Positions 1 to 12,020 of a stretch of DNA of 64,000 nt are shown piece by piece. The translations under genes and the position numbers were made by a program. Position 1 is the stretch's first letter. Each line of letters starts with the position of its first letter. The stretch is from positions 1,563,985 through 1,627,984 of the forward strand of contig MU057887.1 in assembly GCA_013265495.1 (NCBI GenBank), in the 5' to 3' direction. Source of the DNA: Vicugna vicugna (Eukaryota). The notes beneath the pieces were generated by a model. That model was not told the origin of the DNA, ran no database searches, and saw only the letters and a program-made list of their open reading frames with translations.

Positions 1-1719
1 CTCCGGGGTCTCCACTGGGACTCTCGGCCCCCACACTGATTCCTCGCCTTGACCCCACGGGCTGTCAAGGCCAAGGTCACTGGGCCGCCCTTGAGGCCCC
101 TCCCCCTCACACCCCCATCAGATTCGCCAGAAAGTCCTGTTGACGCTGCCTCTGAAACCATGCCTGAGCCACAGCCAGCCACACGCCCAGCGTCCACACC
201 ACAGCATGCCCCCAAGACTTGGGCAGCACCCCCACCCCCAGCTGCTCTAGAGCAGACAGCAGGGGTGGCCTTCCAGGGCAGTCAGACGTCCCCTCTGCCG
301 ACCAGCCTCTGAGACCTCCCCCCGCTGTGGCTCGTCCGTGACCCTTGAGACTCCAGCCTGACCCAGGGCTTCCCTCCCGCCCCTCCGGCCCCCGCCCTGA
401 GCTCACAGCTGGCGCGATGGCTGCCCTCTGCCCCAGCTGACCCTAGGCCCGGCCTCACTCTGCCTGGGCCCTCACCCATTACCTCTCAGAGGGGCCCTGG
501 ACTCCGTATTGGAAGAGGACCCTCCCAGCCCCTCACCCAAACCCACCTCCAGTGGCGTCTTTCCAGCAGCACGGCCACTATCGGAGATCCCTTCATGCCA
601 TGCTGGTCTGTGTGTCTGCTGAGCCTCAAGGCCCAGAACACACAAAGAACGAGTCCGTCCACCCCAGGGCACGGAGAAGAGGGCGTCTGCCCGCGAGCAC
701 CCCCAGCGTGGGGTCTGCGTGAGCTCTCGCGGTCTTTAACCACTTTAACAGCTTAGGGTTTTAGGTATCAGTGCTACGTGGGCAAATGGTAATAAGAGGC
801 ATAAAGGAAACACAGATTAGAACATAGAAAAACTTCACGTAGCCCAGAAGCCCCACGTACAAGCTTCACAAACGGCAAAACCCTGACTCAGAGGAAAAGC
901 TGGGAAGCACGACCCGCTTAGGGGACCATCCTCAGCCACACAGACGACACCCGGTCGGCCAAGTGGAGACAGACTTCCCGACGGGGGAGCAGCGCAGCCT
1001 CTGAGCCCCACTGCCCACGCCCTTGTGGGCAAACCTGCAGCCTCGCCCCAGCGCCCCGGAGCTTCACCCAGATGACGGGGCAGAAGCACCATTCACAGCT
1101 GTCAGGACTCGGATGTTTGCCCGAGCAGCACCCACCAGGGTTCCTGCAGCTGCGGCCCTGACCTGGGGACACGGAAGGCGCCCCCTCCTGCTGAGTTGTT
1201 TGCAAAGCCCCAGCCTCACCCTCTACCTGGCTTAACACTGTGATTCTTCAAAGAACTAGGTGCTGCCCGGAGACACACGAAACACGCCGAGCCAGCCGCC
1301 CCCTCGGACACGGCCAGCCCCCCGCCTCACTTACACCCTAGGCCCTCCTGCCCCAACCCCAGCTCCAGGTACAGTCAGTCCCAGGACGCCACCTGCTCCC
1401 CGGGCCCCCTTCTCCTCTGTGACAATTTACTGCCCCCACCACCACAAACGGCTGGTTCCTGGAGAGCAGGGACCGAGCCCCAGGGGCTGGCCTGAGCAGC
1501 TGGTGGGGCGCAGGCGTTCAGGGAGGACCGGCTCCTTCCCACAGGCAGCAGGGGTCCTCTAACTGGTCCGGAACCGGCCCTCAATGGAGTCTGCGACAGG
1601 TGTGCGGTGAGACACGTACACTTGAAAGGGATGACCCTGAAGGGCTAGCGGAGAATAGCCCCCCGAGCCTGCCCCTCCTCCTCGGGCCGCCCAGCAAGCG
1701 CCCGCCTGCGCCTCCGCAC

Positions 1720-1865
1720 CTGCGGGGATGATGCCGATCCTCAGCGGGCTGGGCGCCAGCGCCGCGCGGGGCTGGTTCTGGTCCACGCCGGCGTCCCGCT
1801 GCGTCCTGCCCACCAGGCCGTGCAGGACCTCGCTGAACATGCCGTCGCCGCCCACACAGACGATG
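1720..1865 (-). CDS. CERK: Ceramide kinase coding exon 6 (146 nt): IVCVGGDGMFSEVLHGLVGRTQRDAGVDQNQPRAALAPSPLRIGIIPA
   Basis: Acceptor ttcctccgcag|CATCG, donor GCAG|gtgcgg; contains the GGDG ATP-binding motif and GIIPAG motif of DAGK/SphK/CERK kinases. Confidence 0.97.
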
Positions 1866-2456
1866 CTGCGGAGGAACACGGGGTCAGGCCTGGCGCCACG
1901 CCGCGCCCTCGGGGGCCCCTCGGCCGGCACGGCCCCCCTCCCGCCTCCGCTCGCACCCCCTCCCTCGTCAGAGCTCTTCAGACCCTCCGTGTCTGTGCCC
2001 AAGCCCTGCAGGGAGAACCTAACGATTCTGCGTGGTCCAGGATCCCTGCTTTAAGGAAATACTGGGACAACGGGTGAACCTGAGTAAGCACCCAGGTTGG
2101 TAACAGCGGGTGCCGGTGTTCACCTCCCGGGTTTGATCGCTGCGTTAAGTCCCGTAGGAGAATAGCCTCACTTTTTTAGGAAATGCACACTGAAACACTC
2201 AGGGGCAAAGGCGATCATGTCTGTCACGTATTTTCAAGTGATGGGGGCAAAAATCCATAGGTAGGTAGTAAGAATGAAAAGGAAAACACGTGACTCTGAA
2301 CTTGTCGGCCTTTCCTGAGTTTCAAGCAGAAGCACGTTTGCTTTCACAGCACGGGGGAAAAATGTAAGCAAAGGGAGTGAAGGAAACAAGGACAGATGAG
2401 TAAAGCTTGATCCGCATTTACCGTTTATCAGCCAAGATGGAAGGACACGCACTCAC

Positions 2457-2520
2457 CCGTCATACTTGTCTATACTGAGCTCATACAGGCTCTCCTTGGC
2501 GTGGTTGGCACGTTCGGTAA
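2457..2520 (-). CDS. CERK: Ceramide kinase coding exon 5 (64 nt): (V)TERANHAKESLYELSIDKYD(G)
   Basis: Acceptor ccctccgtag|TTACC, donor GACGG|gtgagt; phases join exons 4 and 6 in frame; too short for the ORF track, read manually. Confidence 0.96.
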
Positions 2521-3627
2521 CTACGGAGGGAAAAACAACACTGCGTTGTGCAGTTTACGTTCAAAGCTGTAAATCCCACGTGAAATAAGAGGCGAATAAA
2601 CCACGCTTCTAAAGCGAGGTCCTATAAAATCTTCAGGAGGGTTTCCTGCAAGAAACGCCTTCTCTGGTCTTACCCAGATCCTTTCCACGGAAAGGCTCCC
2701 TCACCCAGGGGGCCACGACCCTCAGAACATTCTACTGGTAGACGTCACGTTCCTGGCATTTAACTGCCCAAAAGTGACTTTCTGGAGATAGATTACATCT
2801 TTTATCTTACAGTTTTCCCTTCTTATCCAAGTCACTTTGAGAGTTTCAGACTATACCAAAACGCAGGAACAAGAGAACGCCAGCGCATGGCCTCAGTGCT
2901 CCGTGACAAACCCCCGAACTTCCCCCGCACACAGTTCTGCATCCCTGTGCCCCCAGCGTTTTATCGTGTCACCGTCTCCGTTTCATCATCACGGGTTCCT
3001 GTAAAGGCCATTTTAAAGAGCTGCTGCTGTTTCTCCAGATTCACTGCGGGGGTATCGTTATGCTTCCCGTCTGGAGGAGCGAGTGGTCTCCAGCGATTTG
3101 CTTTCACACAGTGTGACCATGCACACCTGTGCGCACTGCTCTCTGCACGCAGCTGACTGCTTTTCTAGGGAAGTTTAGAAAGCTCTTAAGCCTGGGCAAA
3201 GCCCTCTCCGCTCCGAGGCTCTTGACCCACACGGCCAAGCGGCTCTTCAGTGAATTGACATGAAACCCTCAAAGCTCTGGGGGGGGGGAGGCCCTCTCCC
3301 AGCTGCCTCCCGGCACCAAGAACCTGCTCTGAGACTCGGCGCCGCCGCGGCACCGCGCCGTGTTCCTAAAGACGTTACTCCTGAGCCCTACTCATCGCTG
3401 GTAACTCCTGCAAGAACTCCCTGCCCGTGACCTGTGTCCTCTGTCCTCCTGTGTTTCTCCAGCGCTTTGTACACTGAGCCTTGGCTAGAGAAGTCTGCAC
3501 TCTTTATCTTGTGTTCTTCTCATTCTGGTGTGCAAAAAAAATGCTGTTTTAAAATGATCTTATCCGTCAGGCTCTTCCCTGGCGCCCCTCTCCGAGGGGC
3601 TCAGGCAGGAGCGCGCGCCCAGCTCAC

Positions 3628-3753
3628 CGATGATCTCGGTGGAGACGGAGGCCAGTGTGAACAGCGGCGCCACCTTCCGGTCGTAGATGCGCTTGCCTTG
3701 CCCCTTCCCGCCGAACGGGTTGATGAACACCAGCAAGTGCTTCGGTCTCGAGG
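3628..3753 (-). CDS. CERK: Ceramide kinase coding exon 4 (126 nt): (T)SRPKHLLVFINPFGGKGQGKRIYDRKVAPLFTLASVSTEII
   Basis: Acceptor gtcttgcag|CCTCG, donor ATCG|gtgagc; NPFGG motif at the start of the catalytic domain. Confidence 0.97.
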
Positions 3754-4379
3754 CTGCAAGACAGCAGGGTACATCACAGTGCACGTGAGGGGCAGTCAAC
3801 ACGATGACCTGAGCGACTGAACAGGGCCCCAGCCCTGGTGCTCCCAGAATTCGGCTCAGTGTCGTGTGGTGAAAGGCATTCTTAAGTTAAAGAACAGCGC
3901 ACGGAGCTTCCTTATCCATGAAGAGACAACAGCGGCAGGCAGCACAGGCCGCCGGGCAGGGGCCTGGCCCCCCGGGAGGGGCGGCGAGGGCCCCGGAAAC
4001 GCAGGATGCCGCCTGGGACAGACTCCGGACGAGGAGCCGGCAAGATGCAACTTCTGGAAGGCAGCAGCCTCATTCTGCTCCATGTCAAGGGACTGGACCG
4101 CAGAGAACGAGAGACACAGACGTCCAGCATTAAGAGGGCAAGACAGATGGACAGGCACAGAGAGCGCTCGGCATGGAGACGCAGAGAGACAGAAGGACAG
4201 CGGGACAGCAGGCGGCCTCCCCGGCCCCAGTTCCCCTCCCACACCCGGGTCTCCTGAATTAGCCCTGTTCCTCGTAAGCTCCGTGTTTCTGTCTGGGTCA
4301 GTTCAAGTACATTCTGACACTTAAAAACCAAATCTAACTAACACCTCGATAAGAGTGGCGAAAAGGTACAGACCCAAGA

Positions 4380-5750
4380 AAACAGACAGCCTAGGTCCAC
4401 GCGGAGTCCTGCCCACCAACACTCACCGCGGCACGACTCACAGCAGCCAGAACAGGCCCACCACCCGATGACCGGGTACACGGACGTGGCCGAAGGAGTA
4501 TTACTCAGCAGCAGAAAGGAACGAGCCACTGATACGCTTACCATGAGAAGAACTGTCAGGGCAGTGGTGCTGACAGAGGGGAGCTGACGCAGAACAGCTC
4601 CTCTTACTTGATTTCGCGCATGTGGCAGAACTAACACACGACAACAGTGACAAAAGGAAAAAGGAGAGAGAGAGTCAGACCGGTGCTTGTCTCCGGACCG
4701 GCTGGGAAGGCTCATGGGTGATGCCTGGCTCACAGGGGTTGGGTCACACGGGGACACGTGTGCTTCAAAATTCGTTGATTTAAAGCTACGATCTGTCCCC
4801 GTCATCCCAACCATGTACACAGGTCAACTCCAAATGGACTGCAGCTCTGAACATGAGAGGTAAAACAGCTTGGAGGCGAACACATCTTCACGGCCTTGGC
4901 CTAACTAGGACACAGACCAACCACACAGTTAAAAAACAGACAAATAGAACTGCGTCAAGATTAACACTATCTGTTCATCAGCAGAACGAAGAGTGTGTGG
5001 AAGCACAAGCCACACAACGGGAGACGTTCAAAACTCCAAGACACGATTCAGATCCACAACATGTGAAGAGTCTCTGTGCGTCATGAAGGCAACCCAAGGG
5101 GAGATCGGACAGAAGACTTGGACAGACACCTCACAGGAGGATTTCCAAACGGCTCACGAACACAGCAGCATATTTCTCAACTCAACCAGCTGCTGCGGAA
5201 ACGCAAATCAAAGCCATACCCGAGACTGCCAGCACCCACCAGAGCTCTGGCCCCTGCTGGGGGGCGTGGCCCGGGACTCCCGGCGCGGGGGCAGTGTGGC
5301 CGCGTCCACTGAGGCTGAACACGCACCACTGGCCCAGCAACTCCCTCCCCAGGGGCCGCACCACGAGACATGGGCTAGAATGCTTGGAATGGCCACGCCA
5401 GGAAGCTGTCCAAATGCCCGTCAACAGTACAACGGCTGAGTAAGTGGCCAGACACTCCGCCCCTGGGACACGATGCAGCCACGAGAGCAAGCCACCGACA
5501 CCACGTGTGACCGTGTGGACGAGCTTCGTGCAAACCAGAATGAGAGTGTCTGCTGTGTGAGTGACTCACATGTGGAACTGAGTGCGCCCAGGGGTTTAGT
5601 CAGGGGACGGTCACCTCTGGGTGACTCCAGGGGGCAGGGGCCACGGGGGGCTGGCAGTATTATCCCTGGATTTGGGGCTCAGTGTGTGAGCTGCACACCC
5701 CGGGTCCAAGGACTTTCAGTAACTACGTTACCCCTCAATGAAACATGAAG
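4380..5750 (+). mobile_element. Degraded ancient L1 (L1M-type) ORF2-end/3'UTR fragments
   Basis: Recognisable L1 remnants (gagtattactcagcagcagaaaggaacgagccactgata; tcaactccaaatggact; gacttggacagacacctcacaggagga; gcaaatcaaagccata). Boundaries approximate. Confidence 0.65.
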
Positions 5751-6576
5751 TAGTCACACAACTGGACTTAAAATGACAGCGTGACTGAAAAAGCAGAATC
5801 GCACAGTATTTCCAGACACAGGCAGACTGCAGCAGGAGTACAACCGCACAGGTTTCTCTGTGAATTACACAGAAAAAGTAATGCCGCCATCGGCAGGAGG
5901 CAGCGCAGAGGACTCTCTTGGAGCCTGAATGGACGGCATCAGGCCGCGTCTACAGGCCCAGAGTCTCAGGAAAACCACGCGAGGGCAGGGGCGGAGAGCG
6001 CTGGTGAGGATGAGCAGGAAGGGTCTAGAGGAAGGGGGAGGAGGTGGCAGGGGAAGTGGGGCACCTCCTGTCCAGACCTGGTCAGAAGTCCAGGAAGGCC
6101 AGCAGAGGCCGGGCGGCCGCGGCCCGGGACGTGAGCGGACAGCAGGACGCGCTGGGGAGGCAGCGCGCAGTGGGCGCCCGGCCCCGCCGCCCGGGTGCGA
6201 CCCCAAAGACGGGCTTTTCCCAGCAAGGGGGTCTCACTGAAGCTGCGTGGGAAATGCGTGGGAACGTGGGAAATTAATTTAAAAAGATGTAAAGCCAACC
6301 TAAACACACGTGCGTTCCCTCCTCTGGGTGAAGCCGGCACCGAGCTGCAGAGACCGTGTGTTAGGGCTGTCCCCAGACACGAGCCGGCGCTGCAGGCGCA
6401 GCCTGAGTGACAGACACCACCTCGTTACGCAGCAGGAACCCGCGGCCCAGACGTCCAGGCACACCCCGGCCCCCTGGTTTAATCCCCACAATCGCCCAGG
6501 GGGCAGGTATCCCCGCCCCACCTCCCGGGGGAGACACCCAGCCTAGCGGCCCAGGCCTGGGGTGCCTCGCACGTAC

Positions 6577-6699
6577 TCAGTTTCGCCAGCAGCTCCCTGA
6601 GGGTCTGCAGCCACAGGTGGAGCAGCTGCTCGTCGGCACAGCAGAAGGTCACCTGCGCCCGCCTCCAGCGGTGCCTCCGGGCCCTCCTCACACGATGCA
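6577..6699 (-). CDS. CERK: Ceramide kinase coding exon 3 (123 nt): (V)HRVRRARRHRWRRAQVTFCCADEQLLHLWLQTLRELLAKL, PH-domain C-terminal part
   Basis: Acceptor ctctccgcgcag|TGCAT, donor CTGA|gtacgt; basic loop and W-containing helix typical of the CERK PH domain. Confidence 0.96.
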
Positions 6700-7060
6700 C
6701 TGCGCGGAGAGAACACGAGTGGGCTGGGCGCCCTGCGCCACAGCAAGCCCCAGGCCCACCCCCCGAAAACGCCCCAAGGGTCCCTCTTCTTCTGACTGGT
6801 TAGTAACTTTCCAAGTACACAGGGAAAGGATCCTACTTCTCAATTCTTTTAAGTCACGTAAAAAAAAAAACCAAGAAAAAAAGATGAACAAAACACTAAA
6901 TGAAAGTAGAACTTAAAAAAAAAGACACAAGGAAGTTTCCACAAAGATAAACCAAGGACCCAACAAGTTTGTTAAGCCAAGACTTGTTAAACAAGTCACC
7001 GCGAAGCCCCCTTTCCCGTCACCTGCACGGGGCCACTGACGAGCAACTAGGCCCCATCAC

Positions 7061-7174
7061 CTGTGAAGGCGTAGGGCTTTTCCATCTTCTGCCATTTCCC
7101 GCTGCTGTAGTGCTTCCCGTTAATGTCGGTTTCCTCCACGGTGATGATCTCGGAGATGGGCACAGAGCACGCAT
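7061..7174 (-). CDS. CERK: Ceramide kinase coding exon 2 (114 nt): (D)ACSVPISEIITVEETDINGKHYSSGKWQKMEKPYAFT
   Basis: Acceptor gtctttgcag|ATGCG, donor ACAG|gtgatg; peptide recognisable as the CERK PH domain. Confidence 0.96.
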
Positions 7175-10100
7175 CTGCAAAGACACCACACCCTCGTGTC
7201 AGGCGGGTCACAGAGTCCACACCAGCACGAGCACAGCGACTCCAAAGCGCCTGGACATTCTGCTTTGAGAATCTCACTAGAAATCCAAGAGGAAGAGGGA
7301 AGGTTAGATGCAATTTTAAAACTCAGAGCTAAGAAAGTTTGGGAAACTCAACGTTATCAGAAGACGGGCTATTGTGTCCATAATCACCAAATGTAGGCTG
7401 CGACTTTCCCAGGCCAGCTGTGCTGAATTTGGGGAAAGATGCCAGTAAGAGTCTGGCTCAGATATCAAGTGTTAAAGAGGCACGTAACAGACCTGGGGAC
7501 AACCAGGACCTGGGACACCTGGGTGTGCACATGAGTCACATCAGGGCAGGGCGGGGGTGGCAGGGGGTCTGGAAAGCCCTGGGTGGGTCCAAACACCAAT
7601 CAGATACAGGGGAGTCTTGGGTGGACCTAGGGATGACGGCACAGGGCATCGTCTGCTACAGGAAACCAGGAGGAGGCCAGCTCCACCGAGAGCCGCAGGA
7701 CAGGGACAGTCCTCACAGCAGGACGCCGGCAGTCAGGCCTCCAGGTCAAGCTGGACATAAACGCAGCCGTGGGAAACATGGGATGACAGCTTGGAGCTGA
7801 GGCGGGGGCTGGAGAGAACTCCCCGGTGTGAACAGACTACCTTCCTTAGCCCACCGGAGAGCCCAGCGGAGTCGGCGCCTGCTTTTACGCGGGACAGCCT
7901 AGCTCGCGGTCAGGCCCCAGGTTGGCTGTGAAACCTGTAATACAGTAAAGTTCTGTATTTTTGTAACAGCAAAACAGAAAAATAAATGCTGCCGTAACAC
8001 TTGAGGTAACCTTACATCATCTTTAAAGTCGTTGTCTATGGAAACCAACTTAGGAGAACCCCCTCCGAGGGCCTAAAAGGCTGAGAGCAGGGCCACCCCA
8101 CCCGACATGCTGGGGAGGGGCGAACAGGAGGAGGAGTCGGCCTCAAAGGGTGAGTGGGCGGGGCTGCCAGGGCCCCACCCTCAGGCACGCCTGCCCCGTA
8201 GAGCCTCAGACCCAGGTCTGGTCTACCTCCCTCAGGCCCCCCACCCAAGGAGCCGGCTGCTGCCCCTTTGTCTCGCCCTTTCTCCCCTGTGGTCAGCGTG
8301 GGCGCGGGATAGTCCCGGGGGCTCAGCGGGGCACCTGGACACCCACACGCCAGCTCTGGGACCCTGGACAGAGACCTGAAGGAGGCACGGCCAGTAGCCA
8401 GAGGCTGCGGGGAGAGAAGCAGGGGGCCAGGGGAGGGCGATCGGAAACGGGGTGGGGGGCCCAGGGAGGGGACGTGATGACACTGCAGGTGGGAGGCTTG
8501 GAGTGGAGGGCAGTCCGACCCTCCTCCATCAGACACCACCGTCCGCTGGGCCTCAACTTCAGACGACACGTGGGGCCGGTCGCGTTGAAAACGTCAAGAT
8601 CAGGGTGAGAAGGGCTCCAGCAGGAAACGCTGGTAACGGCGGTGGCTCCCTTCCTGCCTCCAGGGGGCTCCCGCCCGCTGACCAGAGGCCATATTCCTGC
8701 TCTGGGCCACTTGGAGCTTCCTCATCTCGGTGTTGCACCCTAGTCTGCAAAACCTTCATCTCTAGTTAGGAGGCATCAGGAGTCCGAGAGTCACTGAGAA
8801 GCTCTGAATGACGCAGACTGTCCCACTAAGAGAGACTACAAATCAGCCACCTCTAGTCCCGCTAATTCAGTTTGGCCCGAAGAATCAATCACAGGCCACA
8901 GTGGAGGCCCCTGAGGGAGAGGAGGACACCGAAAGCCTCAGCTCCCCAGGCGTTTCCCGGCACCAGGGCTTCTCCCCACCGGCCCCTCCTTGTGGTGCGG
9001 CCATCCTGGGTGCCGCAGGATTTGGGCAGTATCCCTGGGCTCCAGCCACGAATGCTGGGGGCGCCCACCCCCACACTGCCAGCGGTTGGCCAGTGTCTCC
9101 CGAAGGCAACGTCCCTGATTGAGAACCAGGGCCTCACGAGAGGTGTTTAGCAACCCTTCTTTAAACAGAAAGCAGGGAAGCAAACCACGGCCAGCCCCGG
9201 GGACACGGACCAGCTGATGTGGCTGTCCTGCTCCCCCCGAACACTCCCACATCACAGACCCCAGGAGGGTCCCTGGAAAGCGTGTGTATCCCACACCCGG
9301 CCTTCTAAACCCACACCCGTCTTCTCCGCTCCTCGCCCCTCCTGCACCCCGGCCTGGTGAAGGCTGCTCTGTCCACGTGCTCCTGCGCCCACAAGCCAGG
9401 CCCCTCCCTGACTCCTCCCTGTCCCCGGGCGGCGGCCCGCTTTCTGCCTGGGTTCACCCCCCACCAAGCACCTTAGACACAAATGTGAACCTGGCTCCGT
9501 CCCACCCGGAACTTTCCGTGGCTCCCCTGGCCACTCAGCGTGCAGGTTAATTCAACACCCCAGGCCGGGGGTGTGGCCGCCCGCCCACCTTCCTGGCAAA
9601 GCCTGTGGGGAAGGGGGCGGCCGCCCCGCCCCAGCACGCACAGCATGCAGGGCCGCTGCTGGGCCTGATTGCATGCCGATCCCAGTGCCTGCACCTGCCC
9701 TGATAAACATTAAAACAAAACAACTGTCAGGATAATCAGCCGCCGCGTGTGCCCACAGCAGAGCTCGAAGATTTTCAACCAAAGTTCAGCAAATCATAGA
9801 ACAGCCCTGTAGGAACGGCACAGCTCTACCGGCAGCATTTGTAAGGTCTACTACCCTAAAGTACTAAACCAAACGACCTTTCTGGGGCAATTTTTTAACA
9901 TTCCTGAGATGGAAAAGGGCGTGCAACTGGGGCAACAGCCACCCCAGGACCAGGCCTGGTGACGGTGGCCAACCCCACTAGGAGCCAGTCCTCCCGTGCC
10001 CCCCCCGGGGTCCCCACGGCCACCCTGAGTGGGCACTGAGCCAGGGGAAGATGACTGCGCCCCCCCAAACTTCCCTTCATGTTTGGGCAGCGTCACACAA

Positions 10101-11880
10101 AAGGTGGAGACCCCAGGCCCCCCACACCCCGGCAGAAGCCAGGGCCCGAGCCCGGGGCGGTGGAAGGGCCAGCAGCCGGGCTCTGGGTGCTGATTCAGAG
10201 ACCCCTCCCAGGCCAGCAGGGCCCCCGTGCTGCGTCCACGGAGGGTCTCCAGCTTGAAAGCCGAGCCACCGGGGGGTCACCTAACGAGGTGAGAGGACGA
10301 TGAACGCACCGAACGTCCTGAGTGCCGCTGGTACCAAGTCTGGCTCGTCCCGCCGGACGCGCGGCGAGCCGGGGAGCCGAGGTCTGCTGCGGGGACGGCT
10401 CGCTCGCGAGGCAGCCTCGCGAGGGGACGGAGAGCCGCAGGTGCCCCAGGCCACGCAGGGGCGTTGGCGAGGGGAGCGTGGGGACGGGGGCGGGGAGGTG
10501 CCTTGTCGTCAGGCACAGGTGTGCCCGGGCTGCAGGCTCTGCACGTGCCCAAACGGGGCCCTGGCGCCACCTCAGGGGGTGGTCTTCGGCCCTGTGATGC
10601 CCTGAGGTCACCGCGCAGGCCCAGTGGAGGGTCGCGGGCCTGTGCGGGCTCCGCCAGCTCAGCTGACTCCAAGTGCACTGGCAAACAGCTCGGGCAAGCA
10701 GCTCACTGCTGGGGCCGTGCTGGGGGGAGGACGCGCAGGCCTTAGCACGAGCTGAACTGGTGGGGGCAGGTGCAGCGGATCTGACTCAGCACCTGCCATC
10801 TCACCGGCTGACCCCCCGCCCGTCTGCTGGCAGGCCCACACCCCCAGGGCTCTGCGTGTGCACGTGCGTGTGGGTGCTGCAGACGTGTGCATGTGTAGCT
10901 AGGGAAGGCGGGGGACCCAGGACACACTCGGCCTTCAGCTGGACCCACTGGCCCAGCTCTGACCACCACACCTCCTCACACTCAGGCCTCCTCCCCTGGG
11001 CTCACCGTACACCCTCGAGAGCCAGCGGTGACAGACGTCCCACAGAAGCACCAAGAAAACCAACCCACGGCCAAATGGCTTGGACACAACTTCCACGAAA
11101 ATCCTGTCCCGCCTTCTCAAACTCATTAGACCCCAAGAATTTGTTGCCACACCTGTGATCTATGGGCATCACTGAAGTTTTAACCGCAGGCAGCATGGTC
11201 CTCGCCGGACACACAGTCCACAAGCACACCCTTGGGGACACTGACTCTGTGCCTCCGGCAGCAACTCTTGCTGGTACCTGGAGGGGATGCTTACAACCTG
11301 CGGGACAGGTAGACGAGGCCCTGAGGACGTGCATCCTGTCGGAGGCTGAAGGGTCTTGGACATTTAAGAGAGAACAAACTCCTCCCACCAGCGAACAGCT
11401 CGCTCGGTGCCAGGGTCCAGCGGGCAGCGCCCGGCGCACTCCACACACTGGTGCCTGGTCCTCCCGCCGGGCACGGGCGCTGGGCCCCCTGCAGACCACG
11501 GGGACCCTGAAGGCATCCATCCCAGGTGTCTGTGTTCTCATCCCAACGTGGTTTCAGTTACTTCTGGTCTTGAAAATACCCGATTTATAACCCCACGGAA
11601 GAAAATTGTTTTGCTACCCCCTGCGGATATTGCGAAGTTTGAGAAACAGCCGTTTAGGAAGAGATGCTCATAAAACAAAGAGCCAAAGAGATGCTATTTA
11701 TCACTGACGACAAGACTGCCCTTCCTGGGACAGCAGGCGTTGGCTCCCGAGTGATGGGAAGTGTTGGAAAGGAAAACGGTAGACGGACAGAAAGAACCAT
11801 CTGTGTCGAGCGTCATCACACCCGGCGTGTCTGCGGTGAGGAGGCCGTGGGGCCACAGCCACGTGGTAAAAATGCGTGGC

Positions 11881-12020
11881 GGGGGAGGGGACAGCGCAGG
11901 GGTGGAGCGCGTGCTCAGCCTGCACGAGGTCTCGGGCTCAGTCCCTAGCCCCTCCGTTAAATAAATACAAAAGTAAACCAAATTACCTACCCTCCCCAAA
12001 AAAAACTTAGAAAAAAGAAA
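11881..12020 (+). mobile_element. tRNA-derived SINE (camelid Vic-1-like), long form, heavily GC-shifted
   Basis: Aligns to the three other copies in the window (tgcacgaggt core), followed by A-rich spacer, aattacct...cccc domain and A-rich tail. Confidence 0.85.

Noticed and set aside
1..1719. CERK exon 7
   Set aside because: No GSTD-containing exon seen on the minus strand; presumably just outside the window.
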